Of a stretch of DNA of 64,000 nucleotides, positions 24,474-34,065 are shown in pieces (position 1 is the first letter of the stretch; each line of letters opens with the position of its first letter). Position numbers and translations under genes: made by a program. Below the pieces are notes generated by a model that ran no database searches, was not told where the DNA came from, and worked only from the letters and a program-made list of their open reading frames with translations. The stretch is taken from the IMG/VR virus record IMGVR_UViG_3300042868_007692, positions 9,165 to 73,164 of that record; one strand, written 5' to 3'. Source of the stretch: a virus.

Positions 24474-24776
24474 ATGAAAATTATTGGTAAAAGAGTTCTA
24501 GTAGAACAAGTTAGTGTTAAGAAAGACACTAAAATCATAATGACTGAAAAGAATAAGAATGAAGGTATTTCTGTTTCTTTTAAAGTTCTTCAATTAGGAA
24601 ATGAATGTCCTGTAGGAGAAGGTCATGTACAAGTAGGAGATGTACCTGTATTTAGTGAAAATGTAACCTTTGATGGTTTCAAGATGATTAAAGCAGACAA
24701 AGCTCCTAATGGAGAAATTCTTAAAGCTGTAGCTCACACTATAGTTTGGTATGATGACATTATTGCTACTGATTAA
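24474..24776 (+). CDS. GroES/Cpn10-like co-chaperonin
   Basis: MKIIGKRVLVE..VLQLG..VQVGDVPVF..DDIIA. Confidence 0.75.
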   Translation: MKIIGKRVLVEQVSVKKDTKIIMTEKNKNEGISVSFKVLQLGNECPVGEGHVQVGDVPVFSENVTFDGFKMIKADKAPNGEILKAVAHTIVWYDDIIATD

Positions 24777-24982
24777 TGGATGATCAAAAGATTATAATTA
24801 TGGACTTTGCTACTAGTGAAGTCCATATTTTTTCCTATGACCCTAATATTTGGATAAGTGGAGAAGATTTCTTAACTGAACACTTCTCAGAACATGGTCA
24901 GACTTTTAAAGAAAGTCAATGTCAATGGATGATAGTAGACTTAGAAAAAACAGAGGGAAGACTTCCTCTTTATATTCATTAA
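24776..24982 (+). CDS. Hypothetical protein
   Basis: 68-aa ORF, TAATG overlap. Confidence 0.6.
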   Translation: MDDQKIIIMDFATSEVHIFSYDPNIWISGEDFLTEHFSEHGQTFKESQCQWMIVDLEKTEGRLPLYIH

Positions 24983-24983
24983 T

Positions 24984-25202
24984 ATGGCAGATACAGTAAA
25001 AGAGCTAAAAGCTCAAGCTAAAGAACTTATTAATTGTGGTAATTCTAAAGAGCAAGCTGAAGGTCATGGTATGATGAGAGTTCTTGATGAAATAGGTAAA
25101 TATTATTATGGATTTCAAGAATATGATTGTTACTTTGATAGTATTAGTGATGAAGAAAAACCTAAGTTAAACAAGAAACTTAAAAAACTTAAAATTTACT
25201 AA
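24984..25202 (+). CDS. Hypothetical protein
   Basis: 72-aa ORF, TAATG overlap with the ligase. Confidence 0.6.
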   Translation: MADTVKELKAQAKELINCGNSKEQAEGHGMMRVLDEIGKYYYGFQEYDCYFDSISDEEKPKLNKKLKKLKIY

Positions 25203-26302
25203 TGGCAATACTTTGTAAAAGAATCTACAAAAAAGATTCATCAGGAAAAATTAGATACTTAGAGATAAGTAATGATGGGCACTTTGTAGTGCAAGAATCA
25301 GGGGTAATTGGTACTAATAACCCAGTGATTAACAGAAGTGCTTGTGAAGCAAAGAATGTAGGTAAAAGCAATGCTACTACACCTGAGTCACAAGCTTTAA
25401 TTGAAGCTCAAGCTAAACTTACTGAAAAGATGAGATTAGGTTACTTCAATAGTATAGAAGAAGCTCAAGAAAAAGGAGGTAAGGATTTCTTGCTACCAAT
25501 GCTAGCCAAAGACTTTAAGAAAGAAATGAAGAAAGTTTCATTTCCTTGTTATGTACAACCTAAGCTAGATGGTATGAGATCTTTAGGTTCTGAAGATGAT
25601 GGGTTTATGTCAAGAACAGGAAAGGTTATAGATACTCTTGGTCATATAGTGTTGGCAGATCTTGAAGATGTGGTTTTAGATGGGGAGTTATATGCCCATG
25701 GCATTTCATTTCAGGAGAACATGAAACTAATCAAGAAATACAGACCAGGACAAACAGAACAGGTTAAGTACCATGTTTATGATATAGTTATGAATGCTCC
25801 TTTTAACCAAAGACTTGCAACTTTGCAAGAGTTGGTAGCTAAGATGAATAGTCCTCATATTGAAATAGTTCCTACTTACTTTGTACAGTCTAAATCTGAG
25901 ATTGATGTATTTCATCAACAGTTTATAGCTGCAGGTTATGAGGGCACTATGGTGAGACACTCTGAAGAAGGGTATGCTGTAAACAAGAGAAGTTCTCAAC
26001 TACTTAAATACAAAGATTTCTTAGATGAAACTTATGTAGTAGTTGATGTAGTCCCTTCTGAAAGCAGACCTGAGCAAGGTGTTGTAGTTTGTTCTAAGAA
26101 AATGGAACAAGCAGGAGATAATGTTTGGGTTCAAAACTTTAACTGTGGTATGAAATTTAGCCATGCTGACAGAGAAGAAATCTTAGCCAACAAGCAGAAT
26201 TACATTGGTAAAATGGCTAATATAAGATTTTTTGAATACACAGACTCGGGGTTACCTAGATTTCCTGTATGTTATGGTTTTTATCATCCTTTGGATAGAT
26301 AA
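25202..26302 (+). CDS. ATP-dependent DNA ligase with N-terminal WGR-like domain
   Basis: QPKLDGMR, LDGELY, YDI, EGTMVR, LLKYK, PRFP. Confidence 0.93.
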   Translation: MAILCKRIYKKDSSGKIRYLEISNDGHFVVQESGVIGTNNPVINRSACEAKNVGKSNATTPESQALIEAQAKLTEKMRLGYFNSIEEAQEKGGKDFLLPMLAKDFKKEMKKVSFPCYVQPKLDGMRSLGSEDDGFMSRTGKVIDTLGHIVLADLEDVVLDGELYAHGISFQENMKLIKKYRPGQTEQVKYHVYDIVMNAPFNQRLATLQELVAKMNSPHIEIVPTYFVQSKSEIDVFHQQFIAAGYEGTMVRHSEEGYAVNKRSSQLLKYKDFLDETYVVVDVVPSESRPEQGVVVCSKKMEQAGDNVWVQNFNCGMKFSHADREEILANKQNYIGKMANIRFFEYTDSGLPRFPVCYGFYHPLDR

Positions 26303-26338
26303 AAAGCAGAGAACAGATTTTTGTAATAATATTTTATG

Positions 26339-26346
26339 TATTTTTG
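26339..26346 (+). promoter_or_regulatory. TAnnTTTG -7 element upstream of the endonuclease
   Basis: Intergenic TATTTTTG, ATG at 26361. Confidence 0.5.
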
Positions 26347-26360
26347 TATAAAATATTTTT

Positions 26361-26993
26361 ATGAAAATCGTAGAAGAGTTTAAAGTAAAAGGTAGAAAAT
26401 ATCTTATAGTAAAGACTGAATTTGGTTTATGTAGGATTTACAAGCAAGATTTTAAAAGAGGAGTTGTTCCTAGTATTCAATCTGCTTTAGATAAAAGATT
26501 ATATTTTGAAAGACAAGCTAAAAAAGTACATGGTAATAAATACTCTTATGAGTTAGTTGATTACTTAGGATTTGAAAAAAAGATTAAAATTTTATGTAAA
26601 ATACATGGAATATTTGAACAAACTCCTCATAATCATTTGAAAGGTAATAATTGTACTCAATGTGCAAGAATAGCTTCTTCTAATACAAGAATAACTTATA
26701 ATAATGGAGTAGGAAATGCTATTGTATATTGTCTTAGAATAAAAGACTTAGATGGAAAATATTTTTATAAGATAGGTTTTACAAAACACTCTATAAAATA
26801 TAGATATTCTAGATTTTATCAGTCTAAAATGCCTTATGAGTCTTTTGAAATTTTATGGGAAAAAGTTTATGATCAAACACAAGCTTCAATTATAGAAAAT
26901 AAGTACCACAAAATTCTAGGTAAATACCATTATTTACCTAAACTACCTTTTGCAGGTTCTAAAAGTGAATGTTTTAGAATCTTAGATAAATAA
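26361..26993 (+). CDS. Free-standing putative homing endonuclease (Zn-binding domain + GIY-YIG/T5orf172-like domain)
   Basis: CKIHGIFEQTPHNHLKGNNCTQC; VYCLRI..YKIGFT..R..IE..H..SECF. Confidence 0.75.
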   Translation: MKIVEEFKVKGRKYLIVKTEFGLCRIYKQDFKRGVVPSIQSALDKRLYFERQAKKVHGNKYSYELVDYLGFEKKIKILCKIHGIFEQTPHNHLKGNNCTQCARIASSNTRITYNNGVGNAIVYCLRIKDLDGKYFYKIGFTKHSIKYRYSRFYQSKMPYESFEILWEKVYDQTQASIIENKYHKILGKYHYLPKLPFAGSKSECFRILDK

Positions 26994-26994
26994 T

Positions 26995-27002
26995 TAACTT
27001 TG
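26995..27002 (+). promoter_or_regulatory. TAnnTTTG -7 element upstream of the MazG-like gene
   Basis: TAACTTTG, ATG at 27015. Confidence 0.5.
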
Positions 27003-27014
27003 TAAAAAACTAAA

Positions 27015-27596
27015 ATGAGTAAAATTCAAACTATCCCTGAGTATCAGGGACTGGCAGCCAGAACCTGCCCAAATTTACCCGGAGAACATGAGAATGAAAG
27101 ACACATGAATCTTGGTGTTATTACTGAAATTGGAGAAGTCCTTGACATCTTTAAGAAAAACTTAGCTTATGGTAAAGCTATTGATGTAGTTAACCTTGGA
27201 GAAGAGTTAGCAGATATCTCTTGGTACATTGTAAACAAATGTAGATTTCAAGAAATTTCTTTAGAAGATGCTTTTAATACAGTTAAAGCTGAAGTAAAAG
27301 ATTTACTAGATACTCAGATGTTTAGTGAAGAAGGATTATCTAAAGAGCTTAAAACTAAAGCTTTAATGCACCCTTTACTTCAAGCTTATTGTGGACCTAC
27401 TAATTCTATTTTTAGTGCTCCTATTGTACAATTAGCTATCTTAGCTAATATTGCAGAGTGGTTTGAATTAGACTTTTTCCAGTGCCTTACTAATAACATT
27501 GACAAGTTAAAGGTAAGATATCCTGAAAAATTTACTGAAGAAGCTGCTTTAAACAGAAATCTTGAAGCTGAAAGAACAGAATTAGAAAAAGAGTAA
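27015..27596 (+). CDS. MazG-like nucleoside triphosphate pyrophosphohydrolase
   Basis: LGVITEIGEVLDIFKK..EELADISWY..NIDKLKVRYP. Confidence 0.85.
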   Translation: MSKIQTIPEYQGLAARTCPNLPGEHENERHMNLGVITEIGEVLDIFKKNLAYGKAIDVVNLGEELADISWYIVNKCRFQEISLEDAFNTVKAEVKDLLDTQMFSEEGLSKELKTKALMHPLLQAYCGPTNSIFSAPIVQLAILANIAEWFELDFFQCLTNNIDKLKVRYPEKFTEEAALNRNLEAERTELEKE

Positions 27597-27598
27597 CT

Positions 27599-27640
27599 AA
27601 ATTTGTGAGGCTTATAATGAGTCTCACAAATTTTAATTTA
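27599..27640 (+). terminator. Intrinsic terminator-like hairpin
   Basis: AAATTTGTGAGGCT..AGTCTCACAAATTT followed by TAATTT. Confidence 0.65.
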
Positions 27641-27646
27641 ATCCTT

Positions 27647-28396
27647 ATGGAAACAAATGTAATTTTCTCTAAAAAATCAGATGCAAATTTAATCAAGATT
27701 TGCCTAGTAGTAATTGGAATACTGTTATTTTTATTGTTTAGGAGTTGCAATGCAAATGGAGAACTTCAGATAAACAAGGATGCCTATAAAGCTTTAAATG
27801 ATAGCTTAAAAACTTGGCAGGACAGCCAGGGGCTATCCCACTCTGAAAAACAAATTATTGAAACTTCCAATCCTAAATCTTTTCTAGAAATACAGACTAA
27901 AGACAAGGAAATCTTAAGGTTACAAAAAGTAGTTTCTCAGTATAAAAAAGAATTAGGTAAAAAAGGTTCTATAAGTTATGTAGAAGGAGAGACTGTAATA
28001 GATACAGTTTATACTAAACCTGTAGTAGTTTATTTAGATAGGTCTTTTTATAAGGACTCTTTAAGCAATAAATGGGTAGATTGGAAATACTCAGTAAAGA
28101 GAGATACTCTTACAAATAAAGACCAAGTAGACTTTAAGTTAAAAATGCATTATGAATATGCCATTATTAATAAAGAGAAATCTAATGGATGGTTTAAGAA
28201 ACCTACTCCTTATGCAGAAGTGGTTAATTATAATCCATATTCTAAAACTTTGTCTTTAACTACCTATAGAGTTATTAATGATGTAAGACCTAAGAAAATA
28301 GGAATAGGCCCTGTATTATCTTATGGGATAGGTACAGAATTTATTCCTCAAGTTTTTGTTGGAGTTGGAGTAAGTTATAATTTAATAAGATTTTAA
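27647..28396 (+). CDS. Membrane-anchored coiled-coil protein, candidate spanin-like lysis protein
   Basis: N-terminal TM ending LFRSC, coiled coil, C-terminal Gly/aromatic beta-hairpin ending in F. ATG 27647 preferred because upstream starts lie in the hairpin. Confidence 0.55.
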   Translation: METNVIFSKKSDANLIKICLVVIGILLFLLFRSCNANGELQINKDAYKALNDSLKTWQDSQGLSHSEKQIIETSNPKSFLEIQTKDKEILRLQKVVSQYKKELGKKGSISYVEGETVIDTVYTKPVVVYLDRSFYKDSLSNKWVDWKYSVKRDTLTNKDQVDFKLKMHYEYAIINKEKSNGWFKKPTPYAEVVNYNPYSKTLSLTTYRVINDVRPKKIGIGPVLSYGIGTEFIPQVFVGVGVSYNLIRF

Positions 28397-28397
28397 A

Positions 28398-28547
28398 ATG
28401 AGTTATAAAATTAATAAAATCCTTTGTTTTCTTTTTGGACATAAGACTAAGTATAGTGTTTTTAACAGAAGGTATAAAAAATGTACTATATGTAACACTA
28501 AATGGAATAAAGTTCAAAAGAAATGGGTCAAAATAAAAAATGAATAA
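28398..28547 (+). CDS. Small Cys/His protein (DUF1660-like), not in the ORF track
   Basis: MSYKINKILCFLFGHKTKYSVFNRRYKKCTICNTKW.. (49 aa) fills the gap exactly. Confidence 0.65.
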   Translation: MSYKINKILCFLFGHKTKYSVFNRRYKKCTICNTKWNKVQKKWVKIKNE

Positions 28548-28854
28548 TATACCTTTATTCCCAGAATTTGTAGTAGAAAAAGAAAATGAAATCTATACTT
28601 TTAAAAGTAACTTTCATGTTCATAAAGACTTAGAAGATACAGTTAGAGTATATCTTTACCCAGTTACAAATCAATTTATCATAAAGAATAAGACTGCAGA
28701 AAAACAAGCTTCTTTAGTACACCTTAAAGAATGTTTTAGATTAAGCAAGTACATTAATGCTGATAAATTAGACTTTATGCCTTTAGAATTTGTAATATCT
28801 TTAAATAAAGATGCTGAAGACTTCCTTGAAAAAATCCACTATCAATACCCATAG
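28540..28854 (+). CDS. Hypothetical protein, last gene of the + strand arm
   Basis: 104-aa ORF ending at the terminator. Confidence 0.65.
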   Translation: MNNIPLFPEFVVEKENEIYTFKSNFHVHKDLEDTVRVYLYPVTNQFIIKNKTAEKQASLVHLKECFRLSKYINADKLDFMPLEFVISLNKDAEDFLEKIHYQYP

Positions 28855-28890
28855 AGTGAAGCTGAAAAGCCTCACTCTATTTTTATTTTT
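28851..28890. terminator. Terminator hairpin at the convergence of the two arms
   Basis: ATAGAGTGAAGCT-GAAA-AGCCTCACTCTAT followed by TTTTATTTTT. Confidence 0.8.
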
Positions 28891-29005
28891 ACTTAAATTT
28901 TTTAAGTTGCCCTGAACTAGGCTTTTTAGGTTTAGCTCCTAAACTTCCTTTTTCAGGTCTAACTCCTTTTTCAAGAGTTTTTTGTTTAGGTAGTTTACTT
29001 TTCAT
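28889..29005 (-). CDS. Small Lys-rich protein (38 aa), not in the ORF track
   Basis: MKSKLPKQKTLEKGVRPEKGSLGAKPKKPSSGQLKKFK; starts 1 nt after the upstream stop and ends at the terminator. Confidence 0.55.
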   Translation of the reverse strand: MKSKLPKQKTLEKGVRPEKGSLGAKPKKPSSGQLKKFK

Positions 29006-29006
29006 A

Positions 29007-32000
29007 CTATTCTTGTTGTTGAGCACTGTTATAAAGACTTCTATTTGGATAAGGCATTCTAGCTGCAGCTTCTTCTTGAGAAAGGCTTTTTATGTGATCT
29101 TCAATTTCTTTTAAAACTGAAGGATTATCTTCATATTTTTTTAAAACTTTTTGAAAATGTTTTTCCCAATATTTAATTCTACTCTCTTTATATTCTTTTC
29201 TTGCTTGTTTAGATTTTTTTAAGTCTGCTTTATAATCAGACACATACCAAGTGTCTATTAATTCTTTTTTATCATATTCTTGTCTCATTGAATTGCCAAA
29301 ACCAAAAGCATAAGGTTGTAATTCTTCATCTCCAGAATGTAAAGCCCACTCTCCTACAATACCTGGCAAGAAAGCTTTAGCAGCAACTACTCCTATTCTA
29401 TTTTTACCTTTATCTGGACCAGAACTTAAATTTGGACCTACTGTAAAAGTTTTAATACTGGCTTCTGTTAATTTGCTTACAGTATTAAACCAACTCTCTA
29501 AAGATGCAGGATTAGTAAACAAATCCCAACTAGTGATAGGATTAAGATACTGAATACCACTTTGAATAAGTTCTGTAGTAGTATTTTCTATATAATTAGT
29601 AAAACCTGTTTTTTCATTTTCTTTGCCAAACTTAGGATTTAACTTAGCTTGACCTGTTTTAGGATCAATAAGGTACTGAGGTTCTTTTTCTTCATCATCT
29701 CCTGCCAAACTTTTAAATAATACCTTGATTAGTAAGATGTAACTTAGATTAGTTATTTCATTAATGATAAATTTTAGATTTTGTTTTTCTTGTTCTGACA
29801 GATTCAATTCATCAAAAGTGTGAGCTTTTACTATATTTTTTCCTGAAACAAGATTAACAGGTAGACCAATACCTCTTTTTAAGATAGCCTTACCTGTTGC
29901 AGCTAATTGAGCCATAGCTTGAGATTCTTCTTCAACTGCTTTATTATGAGCATAAGCTTTCTTAATACCATAACCTACCATACCTACAGCAAAAGCAGCC
30001 CCCAAAACAGGACCAAAAGTACTACTAGCTATAAATCCTATTGTGCCTACACCTATACCTATAGCTGTTCCTCCTGCTATTGCAGTCTTACCTTTTAAAG
30101 CTCCTGTGTAAGCACCATCAAAATCTTTAACTCCTAGATTAATATTAGTAGTGTTTTTAGCATATCTCACATAGTAATTCATAGCTGCCCAGCTTTTAAA
30201 AGTAAGCATAGATCTTCCTAAAGAACCTTTTTTAGCAAAAATAGCTGCATCTTTTCTATAATCTCCATTCATCTCTGTTAAAGCAGTGTCTATTTTATTA
30301 TAGACTTGTTTACCTTGTAGAGAAGAAAAAGTTTTCCAAGTTTTTTCATTTTCTTCATTTAAAAACTCATCTTTTAAAATAAGGTTACCATCTTCAATGT
30401 TATAAGCTGGAAAACCTTGTTCTACAGTATAAATAGAACCATCTTGTAACTTAATAGTATAATCATGAGGATTAAAGATAGGTATTTCAATAGCTTCTCC
30501 TTTATCATCTAAAAGAGTTTCACTTTTTATTTTTTGGTCAGAAAGCATAGCTAACACCATTGGAGTTTGATTATGCCATTCAGTATATTCTGTTAAATAA
30601 TAAGGATTTAATTTTTTAGTAGCTCCTGTAAGACCTGAACTATTTTTAGCTCTGTCTAACTCATTTGTAGCATCTTGAAGAATACCTAGCATTTCTATAA
30701 ACAATCTAGTTTTTTTAATCTCTTGTTTATAAGAATTCATTCCTGGCACTCTTCTTAATCCTTTTCTATTTATAAAAGCCATAGCTGGATATATAGCTCC
30801 TTCTGTCCAGTATTTTCCAGTATCATGTAACATAGCTGAATAAATTCCTTGAAATCTATTCATAATTTGAGCTTTAACATTCCAAGCTAATCCCTTAAAG
30901 ATAGTAAGTTTACTTGCCACAGTATCATAGACAGCAGAAATAGCATAATAATGCCCAGAGTTATCTATAATATCTTGGATAACAATTTTTTCATTTATAA
31001 GAGTATTTTTAATTTCTTCTAGCTCAGCCAAAGTTTCTATGTTAACATTAGGGTCAAAATTATCAATATCTTGTTGAGTAGCATCTATTCTATTAGATAG
31101 GGAGTTTAAATATTCTTGAGCCTGTTTTATAAAATCTTTTTCTTCTACAGTATAAGTTCTACCTAATTTTCCCCAATAGTAACTTAACTCAGACATATCA
31201 TCTTCTCCTCTATTTTTTACAGCTTTGTTAACCCAATAATTCATTCTTTCTTCTGCATTAATTCTTCTGTCAGAAATATCATTGGACTTAGTTTTCTTAC
31301 CAGTGTATTTAAGAACCTTAGAAGTTAAAGTAGAACCTTGTTTTTTCTCTTTCTTAATAGTTTCATATAAATCTTTAAGAATACTAATTTTAGGTAAAGA
31401 TTTTTTTTGTGCCTTATAAGTCCCTGTTGCATCTAAATAAGCTCTCAACATTACAGGTAAGTTAAAAGTCTGTTCTTCCATTACTTGATTAGTTAATACT
31501 TCTCTTAAGGCACTTACAGGAAAATCTTTTCCAAAAGTTTGAATTAAATCATTAATAGGAACTTCTGTAATTTTTTGAATTAAATCTACTGTTTCAGAAT
31601 TTAATAAAGTTAAATCTACAGTGCTATTTTCTTTTACCCCTCTTTTTTCAGCATTAGCTATAGCAAAAAGAAGAGTCTTAAATCTTTTATTAACTGTATC
31701 TTGAATAGTCTGAACATTAGTTAAAGCTACTTTATCACTTTCAGAAATATTTCTGACTGGTTTTGTAAACCAACTTTTTAAAACTTTAGCTGTTGATTTT
31801 TTTAAAAAGACTGCCTTGTTAGTTAAACTATTATTTTTACTTAAAAGAATATCTAAAACAGATTTCTCCATTCTTAAAATTGAGTTATGACTCAAAGGAG
31901 TATTAGAATCATTTAAAGTGTTATTCATCCACTCTGTAGCTTCACTAATAGTTTCCCAAAATTTTAAGAGAGTGGGGTTATTTTCAATAGTACTAAAATT

Positions 32001-34064
32001 TTTATCATAATAACCAGACTCTGAAATGTTAGTATCTCCTGTCAAAGTATTATAAGTTTCAACATCTTTTTTAGGTATAAAAGTATTAAATCTTAATAAA
32101 GATTGATACTGATTACCTTGAGATCCAATTTGATAGTCTACTCTACCTTGTTGTCCTGAATTATGGGCTTTAATAAACTCAAAAGGATTTCTTCTTCTAG
32201 CTCCTATATTATAACTATGTAAAACATCTAAAGGTAATTCTGAAGGAAGGTTAACTTTATAATCTAGTAGAAGTTCATTTAAGTCTTGGTTTAAGTTGTA
32301 CATATAAGTTTCTAATAAACTAGTTTGATTTTCTACTAGTTTATTATACTCATACTCTCCTATATTTTTCTTTAGTTCTTCTCTGTAAACTTGAGATTCT
32401 GCAAGGTCAAAATACTGAGAAAATACTGCAAATTCTGGATTGTCTATTATTTCAGGTAATTTTTGAAGTTGAATAAAATCTGTTTTTTCATTTAACCAAT
32501 TGTATTTTTCAACTAAGGTTTCATTGGCTTCTATAAAATTTTCTTGAGCTATAGCTGTATCTAATTTTGCAGAGTTTTTTGACATAAAAGAAGATACCTC
32601 ATGAAACCATTTATGAGAAAACTTACCTATTAACCTTCCTGTCTTATTATCTTTAGAAGTTTTTTGATAAAAAAGGTCATAAGAAACTTCAGATATATGT
32701 TTACCTAAAAGAGGAAGTTTATTAAAATAAGTAATGCCAAAATTTAATTTAAGTAATTCTTCTTTTACTTTTTCTTCTATTTCAGATATAGATTGTATAA
32801 AAGTATTAGCCTCTACTCTAGAGGTAGCTTTTTTCTCTTTTAAGACATTAACTATTAATTGCCCTAATAAATCTTGGGTTGTAAAACTAAAGTCTGCAGA
32901 AAGAAGATATTTACTTAACTTATCTAAATCTTGTTGACTTTGTTCTTTACTGGTAGAATCTATAGCTAAGATGATATCTCTAATATCTTCAGAACTGTTA
33001 CCAAACATTGTTTTTAAAACGTCAGAATCTCCTATTATTTCTAATAGATACTCTTTTTTAGCTTTCATGATAGCTCCTTCAGCATTTTGAACTACTACAG
33101 TTAATTCATCTAGTTTTTTCTTAATATCCGGGTCAATTAAATTAGGGTCTGAGATGTCTACTAAAGTATTAGTAATATTTGTTCCAGAGTAATTAGAAAT
33201 ACTCTTAAAGTAATTAATATAGCTCTCTGCTAAATGGAGATTTTCTAAAGTAGGTTTCTCAATAAGACTTTGCATAAAAGCTATATCATTATTAAAAATA
33301 GACATAGTTTTACTAAAAATATCTGGGTCATTAATAAGACTATTAATATCTTTATTAAGTTTAGCTTTTAAATCAGTTAGTTCTCTAAGTTCTTGTTTAA
33401 CCTCTACAGACTTATCTGTTCTAGTTTTTTGTTGAGCATCTTTTAATTTTTTTTCTGTTTCTTTTAGAATATTCTTTTTAAATTCAATTACAGAATTGTA
33501 GTTAGTAGGAGAATATACAAGACCTGAAGGCATAAATAAAGTAAGTTGCTCTCCTTCTGCAGTGTCATCTTTTTTAATTTCTTTAATTTCTATAGGGGAT
33601 ACAGGACCTCTATACTTATAACTAGCATCAGCATTTCTATTAGCTATTTCTTGTTGTTGTCTTTTAAACCCTGTAACAGCTAAAGGAGATACACTATATT
33701 TGTATACATACTCTCCAGTATTTTCATTAAATAATGTAGCTTTATATTCAATTTTATGGTCAGTTTGTTTTTTATTGTACCTAATAAGAGCATAAGCTTG
33801 TTCTTTACTTAAAATGTTTCCCCTTTTAGTTGAAGGCATATTTTGTTCTAATAAAGCAGAAACTTTATTTTTAGAAATAGGTCCAATCTTAATCTCTTCA
33901 GGTAAAAAATTTACATTTTGAATTTCTTGCACAGTAGGAAATTTATCTAAACCATTAGATTCTTGCCACAAAGAAACCTTTGCAGCAAGAACTATAGGAT
34001 TAATATTAGATTGTTCAGCTAAAGCTTTAAATTCTTTTGAATTTTTATTTACACAATTTGCCAT
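29007..34064 (-). CDS. Large virion cargo/ejection protein (1685 aa)
   Basis: Immediately downstream of the vRNAP; mostly helical, with a Gly/Ala hydrophobic hairpin (IAGGTAIGIGVG..GAAFAVGMVGYG). Confidence 0.7.
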   Translation of the reverse strand: MANCVNKNSKEFKALAEQSNINPIVLAAKVSLWQESNGLDKFPTVQEIQNVNFLPEEIKIGPISKNKVSALLEQNMPSTKRGNILSKEQAYALIRYNKKQTDHKIEYKATLFNENTGEYVYKYSVSPLAVTGFKRQQQEIANRNADASYKYRGPVSPIEIKEIKKDDTAEGEQLTLFMPSGLVYSPTNYNSVIEFKKNILKETEKKLKDAQQKTRTDKSVEVKQELRELTDLKAKLNKDINSLINDPDIFSKTMSIFNNDIAFMQSLIEKPTLENLHLAESYINYFKSISNYSGTNITNTLVDISDPNLIDPDIKKKLDELTVVVQNAEGAIMKAKKEYLLEIIGDSDVLKTMFGNSSEDIRDIILAIDSTSKEQSQQDLDKLSKYLLSADFSFTTQDLLGQLIVNVLKEKKATSRVEANTFIQSISEIEEKVKEELLKLNFGITYFNKLPLLGKHISEVSYDLFYQKTSKDNKTGRLIGKFSHKWFHEVSSFMSKNSAKLDTAIAQENFIEANETLVEKYNWLNEKTDFIQLQKLPEIIDNPEFAVFSQYFDLAESQVYREELKKNIGEYEYNKLVENQTSLLETYMYNLNQDLNELLLDYKVNLPSELPLDVLHSYNIGARRRNPFEFIKAHNSGQQGRVDYQIGSQGNQYQSLLRFNTFIPKKDVETYNTLTGDTNISESGYYDKNFSTIENNPTLLKFWETISEATEWMNNTLNDSNTPLSHNSILRMEKSVLDILLSKNNSLTNKAVFLKKSTAKVLKSWFTKPVRNISESDKVALTNVQTIQDTVNKRFKTLLFAIANAEKRGVKENSTVDLTLLNSETVDLIQKITEVPINDLIQTFGKDFPVSALREVLTNQVMEEQTFNLPVMLRAYLDATGTYKAQKKSLPKISILKDLYETIKKEKKQGSTLTSKVLKYTGKKTKSNDISDRRINAEERMNYWVNKAVKNRGEDDMSELSYYWGKLGRTYTVEEKDFIKQAQEYLNSLSNRIDATQQDIDNFDPNVNIETLAELEEIKNTLINEKIVIQDIIDNSGHYYAISAVYDTVASKLTIFKGLAWNVKAQIMNRFQGIYSAMLHDTGKYWTEGAIYPAMAFINRKGLRRVPGMNSYKQEIKKTRLFIEMLGILQDATNELDRAKNSSGLTGATKKLNPYYLTEYTEWHNQTPMVLAMLSDQKIKSETLLDDKGEAIEIPIFNPHDYTIKLQDGSIYTVEQGFPAYNIEDGNLILKDEFLNEENEKTWKTFSSLQGKQVYNKIDTALTEMNGDYRKDAAIFAKKGSLGRSMLTFKSWAAMNYYVRYAKNTTNINLGVKDFDGAYTGALKGKTAIAGGTAIGIGVGTIGFIASSTFGPVLGAAFAVGMVGYGIKKAYAHNKAVEEESQAMAQLAATGKAILKRGIGLPVNLVSGKNIVKAHTFDELNLSEQEKQNLKFIINEITNLSYILLIKVLFKSLAGDDEEKEPQYLIDPKTGQAKLNPKFGKENEKTGFTNYIENTTTELIQSGIQYLNPITSWDLFTNPASLESWFNTVSKLTEASIKTFTVGPNLSSGPDKGKNRIGVVAAKAFLPGIVGEWALHSGDEELQPYAFGFGNSMRQEYDKKELIDTWYVSDYKADLKKSKQARKEYKESRIKYWEKHFQKVLKKYEDNPSVLKEIEDHIKSLSQEEAAARMPYPNRSLYNSAQQQE

Positions 34065-34065
34065 A

